DNA of 64,000 nt. Origin: Octopus sinensis (lineage: Eukaryota). The DNA lies in the NCBI RefSeq assembly GCF_006345805.1, contig NC_042998.1, positions 206,956,001-207,020,000 of the forward strand. Direction: 5' to 3'. The notes under the pieces are model-generated. The model saw only the letters and a program-made list of their open reading frames with translations. It did not search any database and was not told the DNA's origin. Position numbers and translations under genes: made by a program. Shown here one piece after another: positions 1-12,619 of the stretch (position 1 is the stretch's first letter; every line of letters begins with the position of its first letter).

Positions 1-8
1 TGAGTCAC

Positions 9-39
<31 letters not shown>

Positions 40-47
40 AGAGAGAG

Positions 48-81
<34 letters not shown>

Positions 82-86
82 AGATA
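1..86. repeat. (GA)n microsatellite
   Basis: Near-continuous AG dinucleotide run at the window start. Confidence 0.95.
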
Positions 87-424
87 TTCAAGAAAAGCTT
101 TTAAACACTCTTCTAAATAATTTCCATGTTTCTGCTTAACATAGAAATACAATAAATCCTGTTAATATAATAAAAATTTAGCCGTCTTTTAAATTTTAAA
201 ATGTCTATTCAACTTTATCTAATTCCGTCCTCTCAAACATGCCTGAGAAGCCGTAGTAGGTCAATGGAGTTGCAGGTAAAGTCACTCCTCTAGAAATATA
301 TATACATATCAGAATATATATTAGGTCATTACATATGTAGAGCATTTGAAGGCCACCTGCTTGATAGACATTTATTTATTTATTTATTTATCTAATTTAT
401 TTTATTTAACTTTATTACACAATA

Positions 425-865
425 GGCGTAAGAGTGGCTGTGTGGTAAATAGCTTGGTTACAAACCACATGGTTCTGGGTTCAGTCCCACTTGGGCAAGT
501 GTCTTCTACTATAGCCTCGGGCCGACCAAAGCCTTGTGAGTAGATTTGGTAGATGGAAACTGAAAGAAGCCCGTCATATATATGTGAATATCATCATCAT
601 CATTGTTTAATGTGATGATGATATTCACATATATATGACGATATATATATATATGTGTGTGTGTCTGTGTTTTTCCCCCCCACCATCGCTTGACAACCGG
701 TGGGGGGGGGGTGTTAATGTTCCCCTGTCACTTAGCGGTTCGGCAAAAGAGACCGATAGAATAAGTACTGGGCTTACAAAGAATAAGTCCTGGGGTCGAT
801 TTGCTCGACTAAAGGCCAGTGCTCCAGCATGGCCACAGTCAAATGACTGAAACAAGTAAAAGGAA
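425..865 (+). mobile_element. tRNA-derived SINE, family A (internal TA/TG microsatellite; roughly 20 full or partial copies in window)
   Basis: Head GAGTGGCTGTGTGGTAA..GGGTTCAGTCCCAC (A/B-box-like), body GGCAAGTGTCTTCTACTATAGCC..GGAAACTGAAAGAAGCCCGTC, tail GTGCTCCAGCATGGCC.CAGTCAAATGACTGAAACAAGTAAA. The same sequence recurs on both strands throughout the window. Confidence 0.85.
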
Positions 866-1892
866 AAGGAAAGGAATATCTTACACAGCAATACATCACC
901 ACTGTTATCTTTCAAATACTACTTCATAGAGAAGAACCGTACACTCTGTCCCTCTTCCTTTTCTGCAGAGAAACTCTCCTTACAAATTTGCATCTCTGCC
1001 CTCTCCTCAACCACTGTTTCATTTTCATTTCCCATGCTGGCAATGAAAGACTGCCCTTCCTAACGCCAACCACTCTGAGAGTGTAGTGGGTGTTTTTTAC
1101 ATGCCATTGACCTGACACCAGCATCAGCCATGACTACCGTCTCACTTGGCTTCACAGCTCAACACAGGCATGGTATATCACCAAGGGTCTTGGTCACCTG
1201 TCACTGCCACCATGAGGCCCAACACTTGAACACTGCATTTTAGGTGCCAGTCAGACGGCACTGGTATTGGCCACAACTACGTTTTCACTCGGTCCGACAG
1301 GTCTTCACAAGCACAGCATATCGCCCAATGATTGAAGGGGTGCTTTTAACAGGTCAGTTGCAGGACACTGGCATTGGCCATGACTACGATCTCCTCCATA
1401 GAAATCTCCACTATGTCTAATGGTCCTTTCACAGGAAAATCAACAACTTTCTGGGAATTCCTTGTTCCTCCTACAATCATTAACTCACAGATACTCAAGC
1501 TGAGTACAAACCACATCAATCTTACAAGTCTTGGGGGCCTTGCAAGCCATAGCCCTGTCCCTTTTACCAACAAAGCCATATTTAAAAAGAAAAAAAACAA
1601 AAAAGATCAAACCAACAACACATTACATTATGGTGTCATGAAGTCATACAAACAATATAATGTCACTTGGATGTAGAAGAATTTGGAATTAAAAAGTTAA
1701 TTGAAATCATACTCAATAACAAAAAAAAATAGAGATTCATAGGACCCCCTCCCCAAATGGTAATTAGTTTTTTTAAAAACAATTCAAATACAATAGTTCA
1801 CGTGAGTGGCAGTCATTAACGAAGTGATTCCCAAATGGTATGCAGCAAAGCATATCTCAGTCCACCACATCGTTTTAAAATCTTCATTTTGA

Positions 1893-2290
1893 ATCATCAT
1901 CATCATCATCGTTTAATGTCTGCCTTCCATGCTGGCATGGGTTGGACAGTTCAACTGGGGTCTGTAAAGCCAGAAGGCTGCACCAGGCCCAGTCTGATCT
2001 GGCAGTGTTTCTACGGCTGGATGCCCTTCCTAACGCCAACCACTCCGTGAGTGTAGTGGGTGCTTTTTACGTGCCACCATCATCGTTTAATGTCTGCCTT
2101 CCATGCTGGCATGGGTTGGATGATTTGACTGAGGTCTTGAGAGCCAGTGGCTGCACCAGGCTCCAGTCTGATCTGGCAGTGTTTCTACAGCTGGATGCCC
2201 TTCCTAACGCCAACCACTCCATGAGTGTAGTGGGTGCTTTTTACGTGCCACCATCATCGTTTAATGTCTGCCTTCCATGCTGCCATGGGT
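1893..2290 (-). mobile_element. Head-to-tail array of (GAT)n-tailed RTE-related SINE-like elements (family B; dozens of copies in window)
   Basis: Units of about 175 bp with the core GGTTGGCGTTAGGAAGGGCATCCAGC..TAGAAAC and a GATGATGAT tail, joined at gtgccac|catcatcg. Confidence 0.8.
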
Positions 2291-2760
2291 AGGAATGTTT
2301 GACACAGGGGCTGGCCAAGCAGAAGCCGGCACCAGACTTCTGAGACTGTTTTGGCAGCGGGATTTCTGCAGCTGGATGCTCATCTTAACACCAACCACTC
2401 GGCAGAGTGGGCTTAGTGCTTTTCATGTGATACAAGCACAGGTGAGGTCAGTTTTGGCAAGGTTTTTAAAGCTGGATGCCCTTCCAAATGTCAACCACTT
2501 TACAGAGTGTGGACTGGATGCTTTTTAAGTGGCACCTGCACTGACTGGGTCACCAAGTACCTTGCAAGACAAAAAAATCTTTTGAGAAGGGAGGGGCATT
2601 GGAGGAGGGAATCTTGTGTCAGGTGATGAAAGGTTATAGTGAGGCAGAAACAGGTGTCTTGCTGTAGAGGAGGTACATGGTTACCCGGCTGGGGGTGAGG
2701 AGAGATCAGGAATGAAGATAAATCAGTGTGCTGCCTACATGGTTACCCAACCTGAGGGAA
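2291..2760 (-). mobile_element. Family B variant with duplicated ~100-bp module (other copies near 16590-17125, 43770-44050, 56780-57250)
   Basis: Repeated ..AGCTGGATGC....CC.AA...CAACCACT..GCAGAGTGG.CTTAGTGC module plus a shared CAAGTACCTTGCAAGACAAAA segment. Confidence 0.65.
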
Positions 2761-2770
2761 GTGCAGGAGA

Positions 2771-2979
2771 AGGAGAGAGAGAGAGAGAGAGAGAAGGGAG
2801 GAGAGAGAGAGAGGGGGGAGAGAGAGAAGGGGGAGAGAGAGTGAAGGGGAGAGAGAGAAGGGGAGGAGAGAGAGAGAGAAGGGAGGAGAGAGAGAGAAGG
2901 GAGGAGAGAGAGAGAAGGGGGAGGGAGAGAAGGGGAGAGAGAGAGAAGGGGGAGAGAGAGAAGAGAGGGGGAGAGAGAG

Positions 2980-3018
<39 letters not shown>

Positions 3019-3021
3019 AGC
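2771..3021. repeat. Polypurine (GA/GGA)-rich tract
   Basis: About 250 bp made almost solely of G and A; source of the spurious ERE-rich and SL-rich ORFs. Confidence 0.95.
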
Positions 3022-3279
3022 AGGATAAAGATGGTGGTAAAATGCCAGGCATACTTAATTTAATCGTAAGGAAACAAAGAAAAACTGGGTGGGGTGGGGA
3101 TTAAGCAGCAGAAGCTGGGGGTAGGAGGTACACCCCCAGAACAAATGGAGTGTTTAGCTGCATCCTGTGGACATGGCTGTGATGGTGTTGCTATGGAGAA
3201 TGTCTGGCAAAACTTGCTACAGCAGCCACCCCATCTCATGGGACTCCTTTCTCAGAGAGGTTGCAGTTTTCGTCCTCAT

Positions 3280-3703
3280 TCAACATCATCATTGTTCGAC
3301 CATGGTTGAGACAATGGTATTTACTATGCTACGCCAGACCTCACGGTCTATCATAGAATTACGGAGGTCCTGTTGCTGGATGCCTGTATCCCTGGAGATT
3401 ACATTAGGGTAGGAGAGTGTGCGCCCTCTGGTATCGTGAGCAGATGGCTTCCAGAGGAGAAGAGTAGAAATTACCTCTTTTTCAGCTCTACAACAATGTC
3501 CAGCAAACTGGACTCTTCTACCTTTCACAAGAGATGACACAGGTGGTAATTTCCCATATATTTGTGCTTTGGTTGGATGACGCTTCCACGAGAGATTTTG
3601 AGCTCTCATAAGGAGGCGAGTGTAAGTTCCATCCAACCGCCTCTCAAGCTTCTTTGATAACGTCCAGGTTTCTGAGCCATAGAGTAGAATTGGTTCAACA
3701 ATT
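3280..3703 (-). mobile_element. 5'-truncated RTE-clade LINE, C-terminal ORF2 fragment
   Basis: Uninterrupted frame IVEPILLYGSETWTLSKKLERRLDGTYTRLLMRAQNLSWK..RRVQFAGHC..DREVWR, typical of RTE RT C-termini, followed by a TGATGATG tail. Confidence 0.85.
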
Positions 3704-3793
3704 CAACTGATTGTGTTAATTACAAATAAAATACAAACAATATAAAGAGGAATTACTTTAATGGTGACCAAATAAAAATATATCAAAACTTAC

Positions 3794-3853
3794 CCAAAGA
3801 GATAAATTCACTCGTTTGCCACCAATGTTGATTTTTTTATTTAGACAAGAGGC
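3794..3853 (-). CDS. RAB21: Rab21 coding exon 2 (ASCLNKKINIGGKRVNLSLW)
   Basis: ctctttttatttaatag|GCC acceptor and TGG|gtaagt donor; 60 nt, phase 0/0; matches the Rab21 segment ASFLTKKLNIGGKRVNLAIW and continues exon 1 in frame. Confidence 0.93.
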
Positions 3854-4557
3854 CTATTAAATAAAAAGAGAAAAGGGAAAAAAAAGAGATTATATAGCTT
3901 CAACTGAAACTAAACAAATGGTTGTAGATCTGATATATATATTTTTATTAACACAATGGCTGTCACACAAGTTTGAGCATGTATAAAACATTAAATCTTA
4001 AAATCAGATGGAGATGAAATTCTTGTTTGCTTAACACGTTGGTTGCCACACGTCCTGCCAGTGGGTCATGCTGGTCTGTTAGTGAGTCCTGCACAACCCA
4101 CCAGCAGGTCGTTTTTTAATTTCTTTCCTAAGGGCTTTCTAAGAGCTGGAATGCTCCGATTGCTTTGGTTTGTGCTTTTGTTACACTAAGAGAACAATTT
4201 TTTAATAGATTTTTTCGTTTTTCTTCTGATTTTACCTTGTAATGAGGTGAAAAAAAAGACTGAGTTTGAGAAAAATTTATTTGTCAATGAAACAAAAATA
4301 ATTCATTTTGAAAAAAAATTGGTAAATTTTCCAATAGAAACAGAAGGGAATGAAAAATATTTTACTTGCCATGGAAACCAAAATAGTTCTTTTTGAAAAG
4401 ATTTTGAGATCTTCCAAAAGGAAAAAAAACTCCCAAATTTTTAATTGACCATGGGTAGGTTGTGTGATATCTAGGATGTGATATGAACCACATAACCCTC
4501 TGGTGGGACATGGGTATCTAATGCTACCTTTCTGACCCTTGTTTCACATGTGGTATA

Positions 4558-5245
4558 TCATCATCATCGTTTAACGTCCGTTTTCCGTGCTAGCATGGGT
4601 TGGACGGTTCGACCGGGGTCTGGGAAGCCAGGGGCTGCACAAGGCTCCAATCTGATCTGGCAGTGTTTCTACAGCTGGATGCCCTTCCTAACGCCGACCA
4701 CTCCGTGAGTGTAGTGGGTGCTTTTTACATGCCACCTGCACAGGTGCCAGGGGGGGTCTGGCATCGGCCACGATCGGTTGGTGCTTTTAACGTGCCACCG
4801 GCACGGAAGCCAGCCAAGGCAGCGCTGGCATCGGCCACGTTCGGATGGTGCTTTTTATGTGCCACAGAAGCCTTGGATCATAGGGCAAGCTGCTGTGCTT
4901 GAGGAGACCTATTGAGTCAAGTACATCAACATCAAATAAAACACAAATAGAAATTGTAGTTGTGATACCTATGCCAGCACCACCTTGACTGGCTTCCGTG
5001 CCGGTGGCATGTAAAAAGCACCAACCGATTGTGGCCGTTGCCAGCTTCTCCTGGCCCCTGTTCCGGTGGCATGTAAAAAGCACCCACTACACTCACAGAG
5101 TGGTTGGCGTTAGGAAAGGCATCCAACTGTAGAAACACTGCCAGATCAGACTGGGCCTGGTGCAGCCTCCTGGCTTCCCAGACCCTGTTCGAACCGTCCA
5201 ACCCATGCTAGCACGGAAACCGGATGTTAAACGGTGATGATGATG
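4558..5245. mobile_element. Head-to-head inverted pair of family B elements
   Basis: Minus copy about 4558-4870 and plus copy about 4870-5245, with (CAT)n and (GAT)n tails pointing outward. Confidence 0.8.
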
Positions 5246-6215
5246 CTGATATATATATATATCCCTTGTATGCTCTAGCACAAAACCCATGTACAAGTAT
5301 ACACACATACACAACAGCATTTTATCAAATTTGTTGTGCTTGCTTTAGTTGAAGTATTATCTACTGGAAAATTACACTTCTATGTGTAATTTAATTCTCA
5401 GTCAACTATCAAACAAGATCATCTTTTTGGCCTTTTTTTCTTCTCTCACTCTCTCAAAATCTCCAGCACAACCTCACATTTACCATCATAACCATCAAGA
5501 CTTCCTGTACTCGGCAACATGCTCCACCGTTTAATCTACAACAATGTTTTTATAAATCACCTGCCCCCCCCCCCAATCCTTTAACTGAAGCAAATTACAC
5601 CAATTCATTTCTTGCTTATATTCTGTTTATTAGCTAGCCAAGAGTGAGCAGACCAGAAGGCCTTATCTGGGTTTTCAGACTGGAGTGGGTGTATGTGTAG
5701 GGGTGAGATTGATAACGAAAGTTGGGTGACAAGTCCAACATGGATTGTGGCAACTTAGATTCGTGTACCAGTCACAGAAATCTGTTACACAATAAACCAA
5801 ATTTTAAAGCGTAATGCAGCAGAGGTTAATAATTAAAAACTGGTAAAAACACATCATCATCATCATCGTTTAATGTTCGTTCTCCATGCTAGCATGGGTT
5901 GGACGGTTCGACCGGGGATCTGGGAAGCCAGGAGGCTGCACCAGGCTCCGGTCTTATCTGGCAGTGTTTCTACAGCTGGATGCCCTTCCTAACGATAACA
6001 TTTAATACATTTTTATATGATGTTTCATCCCATGCCAGCATGGAAAGCGGACACTAAACGATGATGATATATATATGTATCGGAACTTACAAACCATGTA
6101 CAGGAAACTTTTTTACCACTTTACTCGAATAATGGAACTGCAACTACAATATTTTATATGTTATTTCTATTTTCATTCTCTTATTTCAAACTCAAACATT
6201 TACCTCTCTCACATC

Positions 6216-6263
6216 GTCTCTGATGAAGCGATATCCATAATATCCCAGAAACAGGTGTAAGAC
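6216..6263 (+). ncRNA. Minimal type I hammerhead-like motif (Penelope-type), intact CUGAUGA
   Basis: GTCT CTGATGA A GCGATAT ccata ATATCCC A GAAAC aggt GTA AGAC: stem I GTCT/AGAC, stem II, GAAA, GUA cleavage triplet. Confidence 0.6.
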
Positions 6264-6799
6264 TATATCTCTTCCTTATAAATGTCCTGAAAACTCCTCA
6301 CAGCCTTGGCTTTGTTATTTGTCTAATATATATATATATATATATATATTTATAAATTAATATAAACAGTAGTTTGTAATGTTTCACTGAAAAGGAGAAT
6401 TAGAAGTGTCACTAGATGTGACTAGGGTGTTAGGGAACACCTACATTGCTAGAAATAAGAGCCAAAATGCGCTAATCTGTAATCAACACACATAATCATC
6501 ATCATCATCATCGTTTAGCGTCCGCTTTCCATGCTGGCATGGGTTGGATGGTGCAACTGGGGTCTGGGAAGCCAGAAGGCTGCACCAGGCCCAGTTTGAT
6601 CTGGCAATGTTTCTACGGCTGGATGCCCTTCCTAACGCCAACCACTCCATGAGTGTAGTGGGTGCTTTTTACGTGCCAGACAAGTCTGGCAAACGGCCAC
6701 GGTCGGATGGTGCCTTTTACGTGCCAACGGCACGGAGGCCAGGTGAGGCTGGCAACGGCCACGATCGGATGGAGCTTTTTATGTATACATATATATACA

Positions 6800-7165
6800 G
6801 TGGAGGCTCAATGGCCCAGTGGGTAGGGCAGCGGTCCTGTGGTTTCGATTCCCAGACTGAGCATTGTGTTTATTGAACGAAAACACCTAAATAACCACGA
6901 GGCTCCGGCAGGGGGTGGTGGCGTACCCTGCTGTACTCTTTCAACACAACTTTCTCTCACTCTTTCTCCCTGTTTCTGTTGTACCTGTATTTCAAAGGGC
7001 CAGCCTTGTTACACTCTGTGTCATGCTGAATCTCCCCTGAGAACTACGTTAAGGGTACACGTGTCTGTGGAGTGTTCAGCCTCTTGCATGTTAATTTCAT
7101 GAGCAGGCTGTTCCGTTGATCGGATCAACTGGAACCCTCGTCGTCGTAAGCAACAGAGTGCCATG
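6800..7165 (+). mobile_element. tRNA-derived SINE, family C (second copy on minus strand about 54235-54405)
   Basis: GGAGGCTCAATGGCCCAGTGGGTAGG (A box) and GGTTTCGATTCCC (B box); distinct body and tail GATCGGATCAACTGGAACCCTCGTCGTCGTAA. Confidence 0.7.
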
Positions 7166-7470
7166 CATATATCATCATCATCATATATATATATAATTAT
7201 GATTCAGTTGAATTAGGTACTTAAATTAAGGCACCTTGCTAGTCCCGTATAGCCCGCACACCTCAACAATATTATTTGAATATTGAATATATGTACCTAA
7301 TATTCCTGTTGTATTGGTCCTTCCAGACATGTACTTTTTATATAAAGGTACTTTCTATAGTATTTCTGAAGAGCAGATTCCAAGTCAGGTGAACAAAATA
7401 TAAATATAGCTGTCACGGATACAACAATAGGAAACAATGTAAATAATTTGGTTTCTATTATTGATGTAAA

Positions 7471-7867
7471 TCTTTATATATAAAAGTGAAGTTGTGTGTC
7501 TATCTCCTACGATTTAGATTCCTAACTACTCCCACATTTTGCGGTGCAGTTTAACCAAAACCGGGTATCTTATAGTCATGATTCATATCGAGCCCTTCTG
7601 GGTATTCGCGCGCGTCTATGATGAGTCTACCATTTTAAAAATAATTTACCATCATTTTTTTCCATTTTAATGCATTTTTTCGCTATTATATAAGGGAAGT
7701 AACTCTCTAAAAATGTCTACGATAGTCAACGATTTAAAAAAAAATTTACCATAATTTTTTCCCCATTTTTAATGCATTTTTTTGTTATTTTTGGGCTATA
7801 ACTCTCTAAAAATGCTTATATAGTTATTTCCCTTACAAACCCGAGCAACGCCGGGTGATACTGCTAG
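7471..7867 (+). mobile_element. Non-autonomous Helitron
   Basis: A|TC 5' end, subterminal hairpin CCCG-AGCAACGC-CGGG at 7840-7855, CTAG|T 3' end, no TSD. Confidence 0.75.
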
Positions 7868-8195
7868 TATATTTATAAAAATAGCTTATCCTTCATGTTT
7901 GTTTGATGCCCGTGATACATGTTTTCCGCTGTTTTTCAACCTTCCACCTTTTACGTCTATTTTCTTCTTGCTTCTTCTCATAATTCTGTCATCCTGTTTT
8001 AGCTGGTTATGCCATGTGGGTAGAGCCCGAGGATTGCATGAAGGCACCAGACGTGTTATAAAATGCTTACTGAATTGTTTTCGTTGCATGAAACTATTAG
8101 TAGCTCATAAAAAAAATACATGGGGTGTTTATTAAGTAACATTTATCTTTCACAGATGGGGCACTTATTTTGTTGATCTTATCTTCATGGAATAG

Positions 8196-8249
<54 letters not shown>

Positions 8250-8385
8250 CATGATAATGGCAGGGTGAATAGTAAGTTTATTAAAGTAATTACTGTGATA
8301 AATCTAGTAATTTTCTAAGGAAAGAAAAAGAAATCAGAAGAAAAATGCTAGAAGGAGAATATGATCTGATACGCAGACAACTAGG

Positions 8386-8424
<39 letters not shown>

Positions 8425-8957
8425 TTGTTTAAACTGATAATTAATGACAACATGTAACCAAAAGACCTTTGGTACTAGACACACTGAAACATATATAACA
8501 CATAGCAGACATACGCATGCATATTTTTATACAAATATGTATATACACACACATATACATACACACACACACATACATCATTATTATCATTGTTTAATAT
8601 GCTCCTTCCGTGTTGGCCAGGCAGGAGCCTGTACCAGACTTCTGTGTGTGTTTTGGCAAGTTTTTTTCGGGGCTGGATGCTCTTCCTAACACCAACCACT
8701 CCACAGAGTGGACTGAGTGTTTTTTTTATGCAGCACAAGCACAGGTGAGGTCAGTTTTGGAATGTTTTTTTTTCTTTACAGTTGGATGCCATTCCAAATG
8801 CCAACCACTTCACAGTGTGGACTGTGTGGCACAAGCACTGGCATCAAGTAATTTGCAAGAAAAGGATGATGAAAGGTGAGACAGAAACAGGTGCTAAGTG
8901 ACGGCGACGTAAACACACCAGCATCGGTTGTCAAGCAATGCTAGGGGGACACACACA

Positions 8958-9012
<55 letters not shown>

Positions 9013-9349
9013 CGACGGGCTTCTTTCAGTTTCCGTCTACCAAATCCACTCACAAGGCTTTGGTTGGCCCGAGGCTATAGTAGAAGATACTTGCCCAAGG
9101 TGCCACACAGTGGGACTGAACCCGGAACCATGTGGTTGGTAAGCAAGCTACTTACCACACAGCCACACACATACTTATACACATACAATCATATATATAT
9201 ATATAACTATACACATACTTATACACATACATACAATCATATATATATATAACTATACACATACTTATACACATACATACAATCATATATATATATAACT
9301 ATACACATACACACAATCATATATATATATATATAGTTAAATAGTTCAT

Positions 9350-9690
9350 CCAAGACTGGGACCACGGGCCATACGTCCTCTGCCCAATTCAAGATCACAA
9401 CATACATGTACACTGCAACATAATTTCTTTTCCTCAACAGGCCCTGCCCTATTTAACATTGTCTCGAGGGAGATCAAAGAGGAAAAGGATCCCATCAACT
9501 TTAAACGGAGTCTGGATAGATTCCTTCAAGGAATACCAGATAAGCCACCCATAATTGGATACAACTCACCCAACAAGAACTCACTACTTGAACAAAACTT
9601 GACTTAAACAGGATTCGAATAATCCTATCAGGTGGTGCTATTAAGTTAGACATGGCCTGGACCAATCTTTGGTCGAAACATATCTAAGTT
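9350..9690 (+). mobile_element. CR1/L2-like LINE 3' fragment
   Basis: Frame HNFFSSTGPALFNIVSREIKEEKDPINFKRSLDRFLQGIPDKPP..NSLLE, then a stem-loop tail ending in GAAAC. Confidence 0.7.
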
Positions 9691-9954
9691 ATATGTATAT
9701 ATATACATACTTATACACATACATACATATACATGCACACAGACCCCCACCCCACCGATAGCTCTGTAAACTTCTGCAGAGATTTTGCTACAGATATAGC
9801 ACAGTCGACATCTGCCAATCTAAACCGAAAGCAAGTTGGTGAGCAATCAGCAGCGACGAAATACCAAGTGATAAGTGTTGGAAGGAAGTGAAGGGGCGCC
9901 AGGGGTGGAAACTGCATGCCCCTGTATATGTCTGTGTACGACGTATGTGTACGG

Positions 9955-9999
<45 letters not shown>

Positions 10000-12289
10000 T
10001 ATGCAGGTCAGGTGGTTAATGAGTAGCTTTATGCTTTCTTGTTCGGCACAATGGTTACTCATTTTCATAAAAAAAAGCATATTAAACTCCAGTGCAATTA
10101 AAAGAAGGAAACAGCAACCCAATAGTAACACTGACTAATACACGCTGTCGTATTATTGTATTAATAATTAAGACAAAGAGAGAGAGAGAGAGACAGACAG
10201 ACATATGTCAGCAGGCATCAGTGTTGGGTCACACATGAAAAGCATTTCCCCCTTCTTGTGTTCTACGTTTCTTTTTCACTCCGTATTCAATGTTAGGAGT
10301 CCACAAAACAGCAGCCTCCCACACGTCTTCACTGATAAGCCGAGAAAGAGGTCTGCTAGAAATAACAACCAAATTCTGTAGAGTGTCACCGTACCACTTT
10401 TAAAAAGGAATGACATATTGGACAATATCTTTTATCCTTTACTTGTTTCGGTCTTTGGACTGCAGCCATTCTGGAGCACCACCTTTTTTGGTATTTTTAA
10501 CCTGGTGTATTTTCCATTGGTCTTTTTGCCAAACAGCTCAGTTACAAGGATGGAAACACACCAACACCGGTTGTCAAGCTGTGGTGGGAGACAAACACAG
10601 ACACAAAGACACATGCATATGGCAGGCTTCTTTCAGTTTCCGTATGGAAAATCCACTCACAAAGTTTTGGTCAGCCGAAGTCTATAGTAGAAGACACTTG
10701 CCCAAGGTGCCATGCAGCAGGACTGAACTAGGAACCATATGGTAAGGAAGTAAACTTCTTACCACACAGCCATGCCTGCACATATAGAAAAAGGTCAAAG
10801 ATGGAAAACTTTGATCAAAGGTATCTGCTCAATCAATGCTGGCCTGGACTTAAACAACAACAAACATCATCATTGTTTAACATCTGTTTGGACGGTTTGA
10901 CTGAGGTCTGGCAAGCCAGAAGGCTGCACCAAGCCCCAATCTGATCTGGCAAAATTTCTACAGCTGGATGTCCTTCCTAATGCCAATCACTCAGAGAGTA
11001 TAGTGGGTGCTTTTTTCATACCACTGGCACAGGAGCCAGTCAAGTGGGACTGGCATCGATCATGTTCAGATAATGCTTTTTACGTGCCACTGATGCAGGG
11101 AGCCAGTCAGGGGGCACTGGCACTGGCTGCATTCGGACAGTGCTTTTTATGTGCCACCGTCACGGGTGCTAGTCAGGCAGCCCTGGCGTCAATCACGTTT
11201 GAATAGTGCTTTTTATGTGCCACCAGAATGGGAGCCAGTGAGGGGATGCTGGCATTGGCCACATTTGGATGGCGCTTTTTATGTGCTACCGGCACGGGAG
11301 CCAGTCAGGCAGCCCTTGCATCGATCACATTTGGATAGTGCTTTTAATGTGCCACCAGAACAGGAGCCAGTTAGGGGGCACTGACCACAGCTATGATTTT
11401 GGTTTTAAAACCTCCCCTATTTTATACAGTCACTGATGTGGCCCTAGTGAAGTTAGGCAAGTGGTAACAATGTTGTCTTCATGTTTTACCATTCATTTCC
11501 CGTTAGCATCATGGTTTGGACTGGTACACAGGGTGTGCATTTGCTTTAAGATGCTGGCAGTAGTAACAACTAGTATGACTAAAGACGACTGTGTTGGAAC
11601 ATTAAGCAGGAGCATGGTGGGTGGTTCCAGTTACAGTGCAATTATCTAATGATGACTTTTAATTGAGTTCTGGACGGAAAAAAAACCCCCAAAAACCGAA
11701 AACAAAGCAAGATACAGATTTGTTTCCTGAAAACTAATCTCAGTTGGAATAAATAATTGGTTTTATATCCATTGCTGCTCAATTAAACAGACGTTAACCC
11801 TTTTGACACCAAGTCATCTAAGACTGTCCTTGGTTTCATGATACAAACATCCCACTTGAAAAAGTGATCTACATTCAATTAATATGTAATGTGGCCGTTG
11901 CCAGCCTTCCCTGGCATGTAAAAAGCATCCACTACACGCACGGAGTGGTTGGCGTTAGGAAGGACATCCAGCTGTAGAAACACTGCCAGATCAGACTGGA
12001 GCCTGGTGCAGCCTCCATGGCTTACCAGACCCTGGTCGAACCGTCCAACCCATGCTAGCATGGAAAACAGACATTAAATGATGATGAGGAGGATAGGTTT
12101 TTAAGTTCCAAACACCAGATTAATAATTATTTCAAATTTTTGTCACGAAGGCAGCTTGGGGGAGGTGGGGATGATGAGTCGATTACATCAACCCCAATAT
12201 TCAACTGGTACTTATTTTATTGACCCTGAAAGGATGAAAGGCAAAGTCGACCCCGATGGAATTTGGACTCAGAACGTAATAACGGGCAA

Positions 12290-12530
12290 AATACCTATTT
12301 CTTTACTACCCACAAGGGGCTAAACACAGAGGGGACAAACAAGGACAGACAAACGGATTAAGTCGATTACATCGACCCTAGTCCTTTACTGGTACTTAAT
12401 TTGTCAACCCCGAAAAGATGAAAGGCAAAGTCGACCTCGGCGGAATTTGAACTCAGAACGTAGCGGCAGACGAAATACCGGTAAGCATTTCGTCCGGTGA
12501 GCTAACAACTCTGCCAGCTCGCCGCCTTAA
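12290..12530 (-). mobile_element. CORE-type tRNA-derived SINE (family D), with a partial copy just to the left
   Basis: Minus strand GGCGGCGAGCTGGCAG..GAGTTCAAATTCCGCCGAGGTCGACTTTGCCTTTCATC..AAGTACCAG (CORE-like domain). Confidence 0.75.
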
Positions 12531-12619
12531 ACATTAGATTAATAATGACAGTCATTGTTTTAAAAAGTCTTCATTATTTCTAAAACTATTGAAACGACAG
12601 CAGTGAACTTATTGTGTCA

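Noticed and set aside
2712-3104. 130-aa ERE-rich and 105-aa SL-rich ORFs
   Set aside because: Translations of a polypurine simple repeat.
1-3790. Search for Rab21 exon 3 (DTAGQERF..)
   Set aside because: Not found by eye on the minus strand; presumed to lie left of the window.
5430-5536. Possible minus-strand terminal exon (IKRWSMLPSTGSLDGYDGKCEVVLEILRE*; GGACC in another frame)
   Set aside because: No recognisable homology, and it lies upstream of Rab21 exon 2, so it cannot be the Rab21 C-terminal CC exon.
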